DNA of 63,841 bases, counting the filler, from Reclinomonas americana ATCC 50394 (Eukaryota), in assembly GCA_048213135.1 (NCBI GenBank). It is 5 parts of 4 records of this genome, joined end to end, with 100 filler letters (N's around TTAATTAATTAA, not from the genome) between each part and the next. Parts side by side here need not be neighbours in the genome. Positions count along the whole stretch, not along the records: positions 30,465 to 56,517 come from PS015623.1; positions 56,618 to 59,754 come from PS015625.1; positions 59,855 to 62,523 come from PS015629.1; positions 62,624 to 63,841 come from PS015629.1; 1 more part is not named here. One strand, given 5' to 3'. The notes under the pieces are model-generated. The model had not been told where the DNA came from. It did not search any database and saw only the letters and a program-made list of their open reading frames with translations. Of this stretch, positions 52,237-63,841 are shown one piece after another (position 1 is the first letter of the stretch; each line of letters begins with the position of its first letter). Made by a program: the position numbers and the translations under genes.

Positions 52237-54537
52237 CTACCGCCAGTGCGTGCGAAGCATTCGCATCACACGAACATAGTGGTCTGAGGTCAGCCACAGT
52301 CCGTCATCGATAGTGTGCACAGAGGTGTGCAGTACTCTCTCGGAAACGGTAAACATGTGCAGTGGATGGACCACGGCAAACATCGGTGTTGAAGCTGACC
52401 CCGCGGCCGAACCGCTGGCGAAGTCCCCCGCAATCGACATTGTCGTTGGCGCCGGCGGAGCAAGACGAGCGGCGACGAGCTTCTTCGATGAATTGGTCAT
52501 CGATTTGGCGGTTGCTTCGTCCACCAGCTCGACGTAGCACACCCACAGCAGCTTGAGCCTCAAGCCGTTGCTGCAAAATTCAAATACAAGGGAGCAAGTG
52601 CTTATCGTGAGTCTCGAGATCGACATGTCGACAGGATCCGAAACCATAATATAAAACAAGTGGATGAGTATGGACTCACCCAGCAAGAGTGCGAATGACT
52701 GCATAGGTGGACAAGTCGCAAGTGCACCCGCGGCCGTGGTCTCCAGATCCGGAGCCAGCCAGCGCATGATCGCACGGCACACCATCTGCTCCAGATATCC
52801 GGATAATCTCGCCCGCGAGCTCCACTTGTCGCAACCGATCCCACTCTTCTGATGCCGGCGACGACGTCGACATCGACGAAATTACTGTTTTCAGTGGATG
52901 CCCCAAAAAAGCAACGAGCCGGGTAATGGCCATTGCACGCAAGGAGTCCGGCAGCATGTGGCTCCACTCGCATGAACTCCCAGACTGGCAGGATCCAGCT
53001 TGCTTGTGAAACGGGGATTGAACGTGGTGTTGGTGAGTTCTGCCGACAACACTGCAAGACATTACAACGAAATACAGAAAAATCGAAGTAAATACTACGG
53101 CGATCGACGCGCGCATGCGCAGGCACATACAGTACAACAACAACAAAACACATGCAAAAGCGATATCGATATGCAATCGCTTGTTGACGCACGTGAACAC
53201 GATGCATGGCATGACATTCAAGATAAGTTCGCCGTGCTCATTTCGTTTGCAGCCGTCGCAGCCACCGTCGCAGTCGCGGTGCAATACATCGACGCCGCGA
53301 AGTTGAATGTCGTCGCAACCAATTACCGCCACCGGAGAATTCGTCCCACTGGCAACCAGCCACCGAGCACGAATGCCGGCGCCATCGATATGCGCGAGAA
53401 CAACTGTATACGTATATATATACATGCAGTAATTTGTAAGATATCAACATGTACATGCATCACAGCGCGGCGATTGCAGCACTTGCTCAGTGTACGATTC
53501 GAGGCATCGATCTGTGTGCACTTCGTATTCTAACCTGCCGGGTGATGAGACGACGTGGCCGCCGAAACGAGACTTCCGGTGTAATTTCGGAGTCGAACGT
53601 GGACGAGTTGACCTGAGCGCGTTTGAATAAGGAATAATGAGGGTACACAATCTGTGCTTATCTATGGAGGAGAGGTGGAAGAGCAAACCATAGCCTTCAG
53701 GCAGCTGGTTCTCGGGCAGCTGTCCAGATCGTGGAGTACTTGATGCTGAATGCGAACTCGAACCCGACAAGTTCGACGCAGCAGCTGCGCTTGCATACGA
53801 TCGTTGCGGTCGCGTGCTTTGCACTTGAGAACTTGCTGCTGCACTTGGTGCACTTGGACTTGGATCTGGAGGCGTGTCGAATGCGTCGATAATTCCGGAT
53901 CCACAGTCACTTGATTCCACGGCAAGGCCAGCCAGGCCAAGCGCTCGCGGAATGACACGTGCACGCGCCTGCACTGGGGGCTGCGGACGGCCGTCATCTC
54001 TTGTTCTCACGGCAACCAGTTCGTCGTCATCCTCAGCCTGTAGCGCCGACGCCACAGCCAGTGCTGCGGCGTGGTTGTCACGATCGATGTCATCTGCTTT
54101 TTCTGGAGGGAGAAATGCTCAGCATTTTGTGTCACTCTGAAGCAACAAACAGCGACGCCAACACCAGGGGTATCAAACCAGATGCGTTGGTTGCAAGGGA
54201 CGCTTCCGACGACACATCGGGGGAAGACGATCGCGAACGCACACATACTGCGTGCATTGTTGCATGATGATCAATGCCAGTTTTTCCCGCATCTGCATGG
54301 TCGCCTGCCACACAGCACGCATGTGAGACGCTTTTCCGTGCATAGGCACGATTGTGTGTGGGATGATGCCCCTTGAGGGTGCGTGGCAATGCTCATTCTG
54401 TGTGGGTGGAGTCCAGTTGAAGTAGGCACTTTTGTGTGCAAAAACTCACCAGAATCGGCGCCATTCTTGCGTGCCCGCTTGCGTGCACGTGCTCCTGCAG
54501 AGTGTGACAGCCAGTGAGATGCACCGAACGACATCAT
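52237..54537 (-). CDS. Hypothetical multi-exon protein between tandem copies, with a degenerate CCCH-like motif
   Basis: Successive long minus-strand frames; a 51-nt GT-AG intron removes the stop at 53444; PFHKQAGSCQSGSSCEWSH motif; boundaries approximate. Confidence 0.4.
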
Positions 54538-54656
54538 GGGTCTAAACGATATTGCGCAACTTGCGCGTCTGTTGGTCATTTGCGGGGTGCTCGCGTGACA
54601 ACAGGACAAATATGACAGGCCACATGACAACGTCGAATTCAAACTTGACTTGCACG

Positions 54657-56088
54657 ATGAGCGCACCTCTTCCCGCTGTGTCACGCATTCATGGACCGCG
54701 CAGACGACGACAGAGCAGTGCGGATGCCGATGAGGAGGACTTTTCTTCCAGCGCAATGTCGCCATCAACAGCCACGACACTCACCTCTCTCCCCGAGAGT
54801 GCCACTGCGCCGAAGGAGACTGCATTGCTCAGTTCATCAGCGGCAGCTGGCAGCCGTGCGACCTCCCGCAGACGGCGTGCAACGCCCCACTTTCGTGTGC
54901 CTCGCGGATCTGGGGTCGATGATGAGGAAGTGATGTGTCGCCTGCAACACTGGCTCGAGGCAGACGGCCGGGCCACCGAGCAACAGGCGGATCACACTTT
55001 CGTTGTGCGGCGGACCACGATTGGTGCGTTTGTGTGTTGTGTGATGATCATCGTGGTGTGGCAGTCACTTTTTTGTTTACACAAGTGGCTCTCTCTCTCT
55101 CTCTCTNNNNNNNNNNNNNNNNNNNNNNNNNNNNNNNNNNNNNNNNNNNNNNNNNNNNNNNNNNNNNNNNNNNNNNNNNNNNNNNNNNNNNNNNNNNNNN
55201 NNNNNNNNNNNNNNNNNNNNNNNNNNNNNNNNNNNNNNNNNNNNNNNNNNNNNNNNNNNNNNNNNNNNNNNNNNNNNNNNNNNNNNNNNNNNNNNNNNNN
55301 NNNNNNNNNNNNNNNNNNNNNNNNNNNNNNNNNNTCTCTCTCTCTCTCTCTCTCTTTCTCGCTGCACAGGCAAGCCACCGCCGTTGAAGAAGTGGCGACA
55401 AAAGTGGCCAGTGGCGGTCGCGCAGAATGGCGGCCGTGCAGTGGATCCCCGTGAGTTGTTGCGAGGCAGCCGGTGTGGGGAGATGGATGGGCAGATGTTG
55501 ATCGCACTTGCCAAGGAGCGAATCACCGGCGTGATTGAGCCAGAACAGTTTTCAGCCGCCCTCTGTCACCTGCAACAGTCGCTGGCCAAGTGCGTGGTCG
55601 ACGGCACTGCGGTCTCTGTGGAGACTGTGCCTCTTCTGCGTGTGCTGCCGAGGAAGAGAGGCGACCCATATCGAGAACGAGTGTGTCTTCGAGTGTGGGT
55701 GGGGCCAGCGGCGGATCGAGTCGCTGTGTGTGAGACGATTGTGGCGGCCACTCCGCCTGAGGGTGTGTCGTGGATGGTGCTGTGCTGTCCGCCGGAGGAT
55801 GCGGTGTTCTATGGCTTGCCGAGCTACAAGCCGCGCAAGTTGACGATTGAATGGGCCGCACCAGAATGGGTCATCGACGCGTATGACTTCGACAACATCG
55901 ACTTTGACAAGTTGTTGGCGGCTCTCTCCGTCGGCGCGACATACGATCCAACCTTCTTCGACTGCGAACCATCGACAGACGCCCAGCTGCTAGCTGCAGA
56001 CGTGAAGAGCGCTCAGCTGTGTAAGGTCCTCTGCGATTCTGGCGTCGCCGATGGCGCTGGCGCGGAATGTGGGCGCTCGCGTGACTGA
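54657..56088 (+). CDS. Orphan tandem-family protein, copy 2
   Basis: Same exon/intron structure as copy 1 and near-identical core sequence (PESATAPKETALL..., LCCPPEDAVFYGLPSYKPRKL). Confidence 0.7.
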
Positions 56089-56454
56089 CCGATCTCTCTC
56101 GGATTGTCGGCACTCCATCATGACTTGAGGAGGTGTGTTTTGACGATTGAAGTTTTGTGTCTTTGTTTGTGTCTCTCGAGTGGTTGGAAAAGATTGCACG
56201 TCTCTCGCTGCTTTTGCACGGTTTGTGCTTGGTTGTGTTTGGCTCGAGGCATTGAGGGACTGCGTTTCTATCGATATTCATTATGTGTTGCACTGCACAC
56301 AGCCACAGTGGTCTTGCATGCTCACTCATCTTTGACTGCCATGCAGGTCCAGCGTTGGCGGTGGTGGTGCGCTCTTGAAACGAAGTACAAGATCACATTT
56401 GCTCTCCGAAATTTTGACTGTAGGCGGGCGTGGTTCTCCCGGTTTCCTTGCCTC

Positions 56455-56517
56455 ATGATGAGCGCAGCATCTGCTTCCGCGTCGCGCACTCATCAGTCGC
56501 ACACCCAACGACGACGA
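56455..56517 (+). CDS. Orphan tandem-family protein, start of copy 3 (cut by scaffold end)
   Basis: MMSAASASASRTHQSHTQRRR versus copy 1 MMNAASASASHMNQSHTQRHR. Confidence 0.65.
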
Positions 56518-56718
56518 NNNNNNNNNNNNNNNNNNNNNNNNNNNNNNNNNNNNNNNNNNNNTTAATTAATTAANNNNNNNNNNNNNNNNNNNNNNNNNNN
56601 NNNNNNNNNNNNNNNNNAGAGAGAGAGAGAGAGAGTCTAAGAGTGGGAGGAGGCTATCTTCTCAGCCCCTTGCTCTTATCCTTCTCCTTCCCTGGCTGAG
56701 AGACCTCTCTTCACGCAG

Positions 56719-58295
56719 AGCGCGAGTCCGCACTCTCGAAGACGAGGTGAGGGACGGTGCGAATCTCGCGCTTCTCGCCGGTCGACAGGGTGGCGGCGCA
56801 GGCACCACACAACAGCTCGACCGGCTGCGTGAGGCGCGCGAAGAGGCCTCGAGTTTGCGCGATCGCTTCGAGTCATCGCAGAGTGAGTGGGACGCCGAGC
56901 GAGAGCAACTCGAGAAGATGATTGAGGTGCGCTGACGCCCATCGCGCCACCAAGAATCATCACGTTGTTTCTCATCACCACTCTATGTGGCCAGCGGTTG
57001 GACGAGCGTGTGCGGGCGAGTGAGACGCAGAATGATGAGTTGCGACTGGAGCTCGATCTAAGACCCTCGGTCACCGAGTGGCGAGCGCTGCAAGAACGCT
57101 ACGGCACACTCAAGCAGCAGCACCGCGAACTGAAAATCAAGTTGCGCCACCCTGCCTTCCATCGTTAGTTCGCCGCTCCCTCCTCACACTTGGGTGCCGG
57201 GGCAGATTCGAAGGCGAGTTGAGTGTATCACCGCCGTCTGCACTCGAGAATTCACACTCGGCGGCACGCGATGCAATCGCTCGCGACAAGGATGTTCACC
57301 GACTGGGACTGCGCAAGAAACTGGACGAGACACCGGCATCCACGTGTCGCCAGATCCTGCAAGACTCCCTCAGACTACTCAAGGTCACCGAGCCGGATTT
57401 GCTGCCGGCCGCGGTCAAGAAGCTGAACCAGGTGGTGAGCGCCGTTCCTCGTATCCAGCAGGTACGCAGGCCATTTCTTTCTCGCGCGCCTGTTTGCTGT
57501 CTGTCACTCACCGATGATTGTTCTTGCGTGTAGTACGTCCGCGATGTGTGCACGCTCTGCAGCACCATGTTGGAGGTACCGCCGGCCAACGATTTGTCTC
57601 CCGCTGACTCACTGGCCGTGCTGCGCAACTCCTCGGTCAACCTGCAGGAGCTGCGCTCGCTGCGCAAATTCGCCGATCTCGTCGTGTCGGTGCTTCGCTC
57701 GCGAGACACGTCGCAGACACCGCAGGCACACGACGGCATGACACATGCTGCTGTGATCTCGATGTTGCGTGATTTGATTGAGCACGAGAAAGCGTGGCTG
57801 GCCAGTGAGGCCGCTTTCCAGGCAGCGCGTGAGCAACTACGAGTTGCGTGATGTTTTCAACGTGAGCTGGCGAGAGACGGACACTGACCTTGGAGTGGCT
57901 TTCGGTGCAGGATCAACCGCAGGGCGTGCTACAAAAGCTGGTCGCGCACTTCCAGACGCTCTTCGATGTGCCCGAGTTGCAAGGCGTGTTGCCAAAGATG
58001 AACGAGGTGCGTTGCTTGTGCACGGACTTGTGCCTCCCTCATGTGCCTCGCAATAGCTCATCCACACCATCCAGTTGTACCTGTTTGTCAACGAATCGCT
58101 GAATCACATGCGCGCTTTGCGCTCCATGCTCGGCGTGGGTGCGTTGTGGTATTCTGCTCCATATCGTTGTCGATGTTGTTGCTGGCATTAATCCTCTCAA
58201 GCGCAGATGGAATGGCGTCGTTCCGTGACTGCTTGGAGACGCTGCGTCATGTGGTGGATCACAGGTTTCGACAAAACATGGGACTCGATCCGTGA
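56719..58295 (+). CDS. CEP70-like centrosomal coiled-coil protein (5'-partial)
   Basis: [50 protein letters not shown], matching the CEP70-type C-terminal pattern. Confidence 0.7.
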
Positions 58296-58547
58296 CACGC
58301 GCGCAGTACAGCGCTTTTCTTTTTTTAGGCCACACATGTCTCTCCGACACGGTTCATTAACTGCACACGGTTCTAGTACGAGATTTCTACTGCAAACAAT
58401 TAACAGGCCGTCACCATTATCGACACCCGCTCGACAAGAGCAGGCGACGAAACAACGGCCACGGCGGTCTGTTGCGACGCAAAACACACATTTCCCCCCT
58501 TACTCCTACAACACTCTATCTCTCTCTCCCTTCTCCTCCATTCCTCT

Positions 58548-59694
58548 CTATTCCGTCACGTCGGTGCGCTCGATCGACATGATCCGGTGGCCGTCCCAGC
58601 CGAGAATCAGCGAGCGCACCTCCTCAAAGTTGATCCACGTGGTGGGACGCTGTCCGCGGCGTGCGGTGAGCACCTGTCGCACCTCCGTGGTCTTCTTCGT
58701 GATGGGGTCGTACGAGGCCCACGAACGCGCACCGTACAGCAGCGCGTAGTGATTCTTCAAGTGGAACAGCAGGCAGGCGTGCGGGCGTGACAGCGCGCCG
58801 ACCAGTGTTGTCCACTGCTTGGCAATCGTGGCGGGCGTGTCGCTCGACGAGATGCCAATGTCCACTGGTCGCGCCTTGCTGGCCGCTCGCTGCTTCCGTG
58901 CCGCAAAGTATCTCGCCTGCACATTGACAGGCGAGGCTTCGTTGAGACGCGCCACGGCGGCGATAATGTCGGCGTTGCCCACGGGGGCGGTGGAGGGACG
59001 CGGCCGACACAACTTCGTCATGCCACACTGATGAGGGAAAGTGAGTTCACCACGTCAGCTGCAAGCTCGTACACGCAGACAGAAAGCACGCACCACTTGA
59101 CGGAAGAGGCCAGCCACCTCCTTGCGCCAACTGAACCCAGGTCCACTCGCTTTCTTCTTCTTGGCTCCACTGGCAGCAGAGTCTGAGGCACTGCCGCTGC
59201 CGCTGCCTTCACCGACACCACCGTACACGGTAATGGACCAAGCACGCGGCGCGAGAGGTGGCTCGTCACCGCTGGTCGTCATGTCCTCGTCGTCGTCGGC
59301 GGGCCCATCCTCGTCGTCATCAATGTCATCTTCATCAAACTCCTCGTCTTCATCCTCGTCCAGCACCGTGAAATCGTCGAGACTGACCGTCGACCCGGTG
59401 GGCGACGACGGCTGCGACGACGATGCCGATGATAGGCCCGAGTCTGTGCTCGTGCTGCTGCTGGCGCCGCGGCGTTTCCGGAACGCCAACTCCTTCATGC
59501 GCACAAACGCGTCATCGACCGCCGTGTTGCTGCTGTCCTGCGCGCGCTCCGCAAAGTAGGCCGTCACTGCACCGCGCACGGCCGACACCAGCTCCTTCTG
59601 CGTCCACTTCTTCCTCTTGCCGTGCGTCAGCTCCGGCAGGCGGCCGTAGACCGCACGCTCAAAATTGTCGACCGACCGAACACCGAGCAGTCGC
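58548..59694 (-). CDS. Conserved hypothetical protein, BIVM-like/papain-fold candidate (5'-partial)
   Basis: PSTAPVGN, LLFHLKNHYALLYG, QVLTARRGQRPTTWINFEEV..GWDG; acidic linker. Confidence 0.5.
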
Positions 59695-59959
59695 TGCGTG
59701 TGCGAGGGTAAGAAGAGAGAGAGAGAGAGAGAGAGGAAGCAGGGAGAGAGAGAGNNNNNNNNNNNNNNNNNNNNNNNNNNNNNNNNNNNNNNNNNNNNTT
59801 AATTAATTAANNNNNNNNNNNNNNNNNNNNNNNNNNNNNNNNNNNNNNNNNNNNGTTGGAGGCGATGCCGAGGCGGTAGGCTTCCTCGGCCACGGCCTGT
59901 GTGAGCAGTGTGTGAGCCACGTGCACACCATGCAAGGGTTATCTTCTTTGCAAACGCAA

Positions 59960-62480
59960 CAATGCCGACACGCAGACCGGCCTCGCGCATGCGTGCAACG
60001 CGCGGACCCACACAGCCGCTCGCCAAATCCTCATCCGTAACCATCTGCGTGCTGCGTGGTGAGCATTGATATTTACGAAACACAGAGACAAGACAGGCGC
60101 GCAACGTTGGCCACTGCGCGCGCTGACGCCAGGAAGAGCTCGTCGGGGATGTGGCTGGCGCCGGAAACCATGACGCCCAGACCAATGCCTGTGGCACGCA
60201 GAGTGTGAGCGCGGCTTTGAAAGGCAGATGAATTGTGCAAGCTACGTGCGCTCACCAGGATACACCATGGCGTTGTTCGCCTGCGCAGTGCGAATCACGC
60301 GGCCCTTGTACACCACGGGGTCAAACGGCGAACCAGAGGCATACAGGCAACGGCCGTCGGTGTGCTCAATCGCTGCGGGGTGGGTGATGAGAATCAGGAA
60401 GGAAAGAGAGAGAGAGCGAGAGAGAGAGAGAGCAACAGAGAGCGTCAGAGAGCAACAGCGAGCGCCAGAGAGCAACAGCGAGCGCCAGAGAGCAACAGCG
60501 AGCGTCAGAGAGCAACAGCGAGCGTCAGAGAGCAACAGCGAGCGTCAGAGAGCAATAGGGAGCGTCAGAGAGCAACAGCGAGCGTCAGAGAGCAACAGCG
60601 AGCGTCAGAGAGCAACAGCGAGCGTCAGAGAGCAACGGCGAGCGTGAGAGAGCACCAGCAAGCGAGAGAGAAAGAGGAACAACAAGCGAGCGAGAGAGAG
60701 AGAGAGAGTATGAGCGATGCACACAACACACCATCCTTGGCCGTGCACTCGGCATACGAGGTCGGATTGGACAGAGCGAAGATCAGCGGGCGCTTCTGCA
60801 TCTGCGCCATCTCCTTCAGCACCTCCGGCGGGAACGAACCCGGCTGGCCAGACACTGCGACGAAAGAATAAGACACCGGCATGTCACAGGAACAGAGGCG
60901 AGACAGTGGATGAAACCTCCAATCAAGGCCGTCGGCTTGAACGAGCGGATAATCTCCAAAAAGTTCTCCGTCGGAGGGTGATCCTGTGGCACGAACACGA
61001 TGAGTTGACACAGAGAAGAAAGGAAGACAATAAAAAAACACAGAAAAAACCTGCGCAAACGCCAACTTGTGTTCCTGCAAGTCCTTGCGCGACTTGACCA
61101 CCAGGCCCTGTAACCACAAGCGTCAGCACCGCACCCATCTCCTTCCCTTACTGAAAGGCCACTGCACCTTGCTGTCGCGGAACCAGCAGCGTTTGCGAGC
61201 CTCGGCCTCCGTCATGCCGCAGTCTTGCATCAGAAGCTGCACCAGCAGCTCGCCAATACCCGTGCCTGCCTCGCCGGCACCCAAGAAGAGGAAGCGCTGA
61301 TCGGCGAGCGGCATCTTGGTCTCACGCACGGCGGCAATGAGGCACGCCACGGTGATGGCAGCCGTGCCCTGGATGTCGTCGTTGAACTGCGGATGCAGGA
61401 AGTGAGCGACAGAGTGATTACGCACTGCGGGCAAATGCATGCACCGTGGGGTAAAGAGCGCGGTAGCGGTTGAGCAGCACAAAGGCGTTGTGATTGCCAA
61501 AGTCCTCGAACTGCAAAGAAGGGAAAGTGAGTTAGCACAGTTGTTATCCTTACGCACTTTCTTTTCCTCCTCCCTCACATATCACTCATACACTTGCTGA
61601 CTCGCTCACTACTCAATCTCTCTTTCTCTCACACAAACTAACACAAAGACGCATGCACACACACAAACACACAAACACAAAGGGAAAACAAATGCATTCA
61701 CTTGCACACTCAGCAAACTTGCACACACTCACTCACTCACTCACTCACTCACTCACTCACTCACTCACTCACTCACTCACTCACTCACTCACTTACTCAC
61801 TCACACACACACACACTCACTGTTTCTCGCTCTCTCTCTCTCTCTCTCTCTATCACATACCTGCAGCACCACTCGCGGGTACCGGCGGTAAATCTCGCGC
61901 ACCACCTCGTCCACAAAACTGTAGTACGGTTCTCCCTTGATGCGGCGCTGCTTCAGGCCGTGGTAGTGGCCGCTCGACAAGAATTCCTCATTGTTCTGCG
62001 AGGCGAGTGTGTCAGCCACTGTATACAAACACGGGGAGTCAGCACATCTCGCGCACCGTGCCCACATCCAGCGTAATCTGGCGACAAGAAGCACGAGTGA
62101 GACTTGGAAAGCAACAAAAGAGAAGTCAATATCCAGTGAACCACCCACCGGCAGACACTGCTTCGGGTGGAAGCCGGCGCCGAGAGTGTAGAGGCTGAGC
62201 TTTCCGACGGGAATGCCCATGCCGTGCGCACCGAGATCGCCGAGACCGAGAATGCGCTCGCCGTCAGTCATCACAATCTGGCGACGTCGTGAGAGCAAGC
62301 AAACAATAAGAGCATCATTGTGCCGTTCAACGCACCACGCGAACATCGTCGCTGGGCCAGTTGGCAATAATCTCTCGCACGCGACCACGGTAGTTGGCGG
62401 AAATCCACAAGCCGTGCGGCTTGGGGTACACCAGGTGCATGTTGCGGCAACCGTCGCCCACCGTTGGTGTGTACACAACT
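59960..62480 (-). CDS. Malic enzyme (NAD(P)-dependent malate dehydrogenase, decarboxylating), partial
   Basis: [80 protein letters not shown]. Confidence 0.95.
60428..60652 (+). repeat. 20-bp intronic minisatellite, about 11 copies
   Basis: gagagcaacagcgagcg(t/c)ca tandem units inside a malic enzyme intron. Confidence 0.92.
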
Positions 62481-62829
62481 GAGAGGCACAGGGTAATGTA
62501 TGAGTGAGAGAGGGAGAGAGAGANNNNNNNNNNNNNNNNNNNNNNNNNNNNNNNNNNNNNNNNNNNNTTAATTAATTAANNNNNNNNNNNNNNNNNNNNN
62601 NNNNNNNNNNNNNNNNNNNNNNNGAAGGCGAGAGCGAAAGAGAGAAGGCGAGAGCGAGAGAGAGAGAGAAGGCGAGAGCGAGAGAGAGAGAGAAGGCGAG
62701 AGCGAGAGAGAGGAAGAGAGAATCAGAGACATGAGAGTGATGAAGGGTGATGGAGAGAATAAGAGCTGTGCGCGAGTGGAGAGAATGAGATAGAGTTGCA
62801 GATCGATTGGGTGGCTGGAAGCTGACACG

Positions 62830-63180
62830 AAAGCAAACCATCTCCAGCTCGGCGTACTCGCAACGCAGTAATGTTGCGGAAACCGGAATGATCAGGCGAC
62901 TCGCGCACTCCCACCACACGCCGACGCGACAGCGTCAGAGTCTGCACTCGCTCCTGCACGCAGAAAAGAAAATAAGATCGTCGAGCGCACGACTGACAGC
63001 CAGCCAGCAAGCGCTACGCAACGCTGTCGTCGTCGTAAAACTCCAGATAACCGTCACCCGGTCCGGTCTTCAACAGCACCCACCAGCGCTTCCACGCCTG
63101 ATGCTGGTGCTGCTGCAGCGGCGGGTCGACGTCGCTGCCGAGCGGGAGCAGGACCGAGGCGAAGTTGGCGAGGGCGACCT
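62830..63180 (-). CDS. Internal exons of a PH-domain-containing protein
   Basis: AWKRWWVLLKTGPGDGYLEFYDD followed by a beta-strand-like exon (ERVQTLTL...). Confidence 0.55.
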
Positions 63181-63281
63181 GGGCATGGCGAAAGAGTGAG
63201 GAGAAGAGAGTAAAGAAAGAGGAAGGGCTGGCAAGCAAGGAGAGACAGAACCAAAGACAGAGAGAGTCAGAAAGCAAATAA

Positions 63282-63506
63282 GCAAAGCTGTCGGTATCAT
63301 TCAATCCATATTCTCACTTCAGCAGAGTGCGATCAACAAGGCACGAGAGAGAGAGAGAGAAAGGGCTGACAAGCAACGAGAGACAGAAACAAAAACGGAA
63401 AGAGAGACAGGAAGCAAGCAAAGTTGTCTATCATTCAATCCATATTTCTCACTTCAGCAGAAAGATCAACAAGGCACTCTGGAGAGGGAAAGAAAGAAAG
63501 AAAGAC

Positions 63507-63540
<34 letters not shown>

Positions 63541-63788
63541 CAAAGACAAAACTGTCGATATCAATCTATTCTTTCATCTCAAGCTGAGTGCGATCAATAA
63601 GACACACTAGAACAGAGAGCTGACAAGCAAGAAGAGACAATTACAAAGAGAGAGAGAGAGGGCCACAGAGAGAGACAGAGACTTAAAAGCAACGAGAGAC
63701 AGATGCAAGGACAAAGGAGAGAAGGATAGCAAGGCAGTAATGCCGTCGATCCTTTCACCTCAAGCCGAGTGCAATCAACAAGGCACTC

Positions 63789-63795
<7 letters not shown>
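63282..63795 (+). repeat. Degenerate 4-copy repeat (about 60-bp core separated by GA-rich spacers)
   Basis: Core like tgtc..tatca..caatc.at..tctca.ttcag..gagtgcgatcaacaaggcac near 63289, 63426, 63553 and 63745. Confidence 0.75.
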
Positions 63796-63832
<37 letters not shown>

Positions 63833-63841
63833 AGAGAAGAA

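Noticed and set aside
60428..60652. Regular short repeats resembling a CRISPR array
   Set aside because: Head-to-tail 20-bp units with no unique spacers, inside a eukaryotic intron, and no cas genes.

Overview
Eukaryotic, gene-dense, intron-rich genomic DNA from an unidentified protist, probably flagellated (CEP70-like and RP2/TBCC-like sequences). It is not prokaryotic, so the six-frame ORF track mostly misleads; genes were rebuilt by hand across GT-AG/GC-AG introns. The window is a concatenation of at least five scaffolds joined by artificial N44-TTAATTAATTAA-N44 spacers, and two contigs appear flipped. About 30 genes or fragments are visible: SDF2-like, BCKDHB, UBE2O-like, complex I NUXM/20.9-kDa subunit, TMEM53-like, phospholipase B-like, kinesin, RPN6, a multi-PH protein, a LisH-TBCC-MINDY fusion, RBM18, OLA1, FIGNL1-like, cyclophilin, PELP1/RIX1-like, Spg1/Tem1, divergent actin, adenylyl cyclase, CEP70-like, BIVM-like and malic enzyme, plus an accessory region at 44-56.5 kb. 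Main highlights: (1) at least 23 introns use a one-base-shifted GTTGCG donor class; (2) a single spliced ORF fuses a MINDY4-type deubiquitinase with an RP2-type GAP domain; (3) Crinkler/REase-like genes and a tandem orphan gene family; (4) very tight gene packing, including a 7-nt stop-to-start gap. All homology calls come from motif recognition, not database searches.
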